Assembly (NCBI RefSeq): GCF_004010195.1
Contig: NC_057720.1
Coordinates: 15,404,196-15,452,272, forward strand
Length of the DNA stretch: 48,077 nt
DNA from: Chiloscyllium plagiosum
Lineage: Eukaryota
Direction: 5' to 3'
Shown: one piece after another, positions 46,233 to 48,077 of the stretch
Position numbering within the stretch: position 1 is the first letter of the stretch
How the letters are laid out: every line of letters begins with the position of its first letter
The notes under the pieces: generated by a model
Seen by the model: only the letters and a program-made list of their open reading frames with translations
What the model was told of the DNA's origin: nothing
Database searches by the model: none
Made by a program: the position numbers and the translations under genes

Positions 46233-46550
46233 AGAACATAGAAGAATACAGCGCAGTACAGGCCCTTGGGCCCTCGATGTTGCGCCGATCCAAGCCCACC
46301 TAAACTACACTAACCCACTATCCTCCATATACCTATCCAATGCCCTCTTAAATGCCCATAAAGAGGGAGAGTCCACCACTGTTACTGGCAGGGCATTCCA
46401 TGAACTAACGACTCGCTGAGTGAAGAACCTACCCCTAACATCAGTCCTATATCTACCCCCCCTTAATTTAAAGCTATGCCCCCTTGTAATACCCGACTCA
46501 ATACGCGGGAAAAGGTTCATACTGTCGACCCTATCTAACCCCCTAACCAT
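46233..46550 (-). mobile_element. CR1 3' fragment, CpG-retaining (young)
   Basis: MVRGLDRVDSMNLFPR...TRGHSFKLRGGRYRTDVRGRFFTQRVVSSWNALP. Confidence 0.9.
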
Positions 46551-46599
46551 CCCAAGTTGTCTTTGAGAACGTAGGGGTAAGCTGCCTTCTTGAACTACA

Positions 46600-46780
46600 T
46601 TAAAAGTCGCACAACACCAGGTTATAGTCAAAGAGGTTTATTTGGAAGCATTAGCTTTTGGAGCGCTGCTCCTTCATTAGGTAGCTCATCAGGAGCAATG
46701 CTCTAAAAGCGAGTACTTCCAAATAAACCTGTTGGACTATAACCTGGTGCTGTGTGATTTTTAACTTTGTCCAACCAGTC
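46600..46780. mobile_element. PLE-derived fold-back element (family B) with two opposed hammerhead remnants
   Basis: Arms ~46600-46670 and ~46692-46764; ggagcgctgctccttcattag and ggagcaatgctctaaaagc. Confidence 0.85.
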
Positions 46781-47270
46781 TGGACTTGTTAAATACATAT
46801 TAAACAGGTCTGCTAAACTTATTGTCAAAACAGTACTTCCATGAAACTGCATGAATGAATGAAACTCACACTAGCAAATAGTAAACAAATCACATGAGCC
46901 AGCTGCAGTAATCAGTTTAATATCCATTATTCTTCTATTACATCAATATACAATTTCTGACTTATTTAGAGCATATAGAACGAGTATTTTTACTAACATT
47001 GAAAAGATAAAAGGACTACCACCTCTTAATTATGCAAGCTCAGACCCGCCAGACAATCTAATACCATCAGAAGTGACAACCACTATTTAACAAATGTTAA
47101 ACCATCTCCTGTTTCCCCAAGATAGAAGTCATGTGACCCTTTGTGTACAACAGATAAAACAATGCATCATCATAGTGATAGAATTTTCATGTACATAAGA
47201 ATAGGCCACTATAATAACTTTACTTCAGGATTCCATTGTTGCCTTGAACTGTATTATGGTGGTTGCTGAA

Positions 47271-47900
47271 TAAAGTTGAGAGTGTGGTGCTGGTAAAGTA
47301 CAGCAAGTCAGGCAGCATCTGAGGAGCAGGAGAATTGATGTTTTGGTTAAGAGCCTTTCATCAGGAATGAGGCTTGTGAGCTGAGGGGATGGAGAGATAA
47401 ATGGGAGGGAATGTAGCCGAGAGTGCAATAGGTAGATGGAGGTAAGGGTAATGGTGATAGGTCGGAGAGGAAGGTGGAGTGGATAGGTGGGAAGGAAGAT
47501 GGACAGGTAGGACAGGTAATGAGGGTGGTGCCGAGTTGGGAAGGTTGGAACTGGATTAAAGTGGTGTGAGAGGAAATAAGGAAACTGGTGAAACCCACAT
47601 TGATGCCATGTGGTTGGAGGGTCCTGAGGCGGAAGATGAGGCGTTCTTCCTCCAGGCGTTGGGTGGTAAGTGAGTGGTGATGGTGGGGGCCCAGGACCTG
47701 CATGTCCTTGGCGGAGCAGCAGGCAGAGTTGAAATGTTCGGCTATGGGGCGGTAGGATTGATTGGAGCATGTGTCCAGGAGATGTTCAATAAAGCGCTCT
47801 GCAAATAGGCGTCCTCTCTCCCCAATGTAGGGGAGACCGTATCGGGAGCAACGGATACAGTGAATGACGTGGAAATGCAGATAAAACTTGCACAGAATTC
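47271..47900 (-). mobile_element. Penelope-like element 3' fragment with GIY-YIG endonuclease and a decayed hammerhead
   Basis: ORF 47347-47907 HVIHCIRCSRYGLPYIGERGRLFAERFIEHL...PIAEHFNS...RLEEERLIFRLRTLQPHGINV; hammerhead remnant at 47333-47368. Confidence 0.9.
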
Positions 47901-47914
47901 CCTTCATGTGGTGG

Positions 47915-48077
47915 GGAGGTTCAGAGAAGATTCATGAGAATGGTCCCAGGGTGAAAATTTGAACATATGAGGACCGTTTTCGGACTTTGAGTTTATTCTT
48001 GATGGAGCTTAGAAGGTTGAGGGGAAGGTTAAGGGAACACTTAGAATATTGAATGACCTGGACACAGTAGATGTTGG
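47915..48077 (+). mobile_element. CR1 fragment running off the window edge
   Basis: VQRRFMRMVPG...YEDRF..L.LF.LME.RRLRG. Confidence 0.75.

Noticed and set aside
47347..47907. 186-aa ORF as a host or domesticated GIY-YIG nuclease
   Set aside because: 5'-truncated PLE fragment with a degenerate motif that reads through into the UTR; a decayed paralog lies at 32720-33310.

Overview
Repeat-dense, apparently non-coding (intergenic or deep intronic) vertebrate DNA. It almost certainly comes from a cartilaginous fish, because it carries HE1-type SINEs with their CR1/HER1 partner LINE; a carpet/bamboo shark is plausible but not provable from the sequence. I found no convincing host protein-coding exon, rRNA, tRNA gene or CRISPR array; the recognisable ORFs in the track are decayed retroelement pieces and the rest look like chance ORFs. 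Most of the window (roughly two-thirds by eye) is layered, often nested retroelement debris. This includes CR1 LINEs of several ages, a second CR1-group LINE with its own tRNA-SINE, L2, RTE and Rex1 fragments, HE1 and Deu-type SINEs, solo LTRs (one nested in another), and many Penelope-like element (PLE) remnants. Three assembly gaps lie at 21089-21445, 27809-28179 and 41443-41942. The best candidate for a system is a set of at least three PLE-derived families that carry minimal hammerhead-ribozyme cores (about a dozen copies) and occur as short fold-back insertions with 9-19 bp target-site duplications. Unique islands between the repeats include a CpG-rich block that starts with a perfect 18-bp palindrome of SOX-type motifs plus a GNRA hairpin (19446-19940), and a promoter-like CCAAT/YY1/GC-box cluster (45415-45630). 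Family names come from recalled sequence similarity, not database searches, and most boundaries are approximate.
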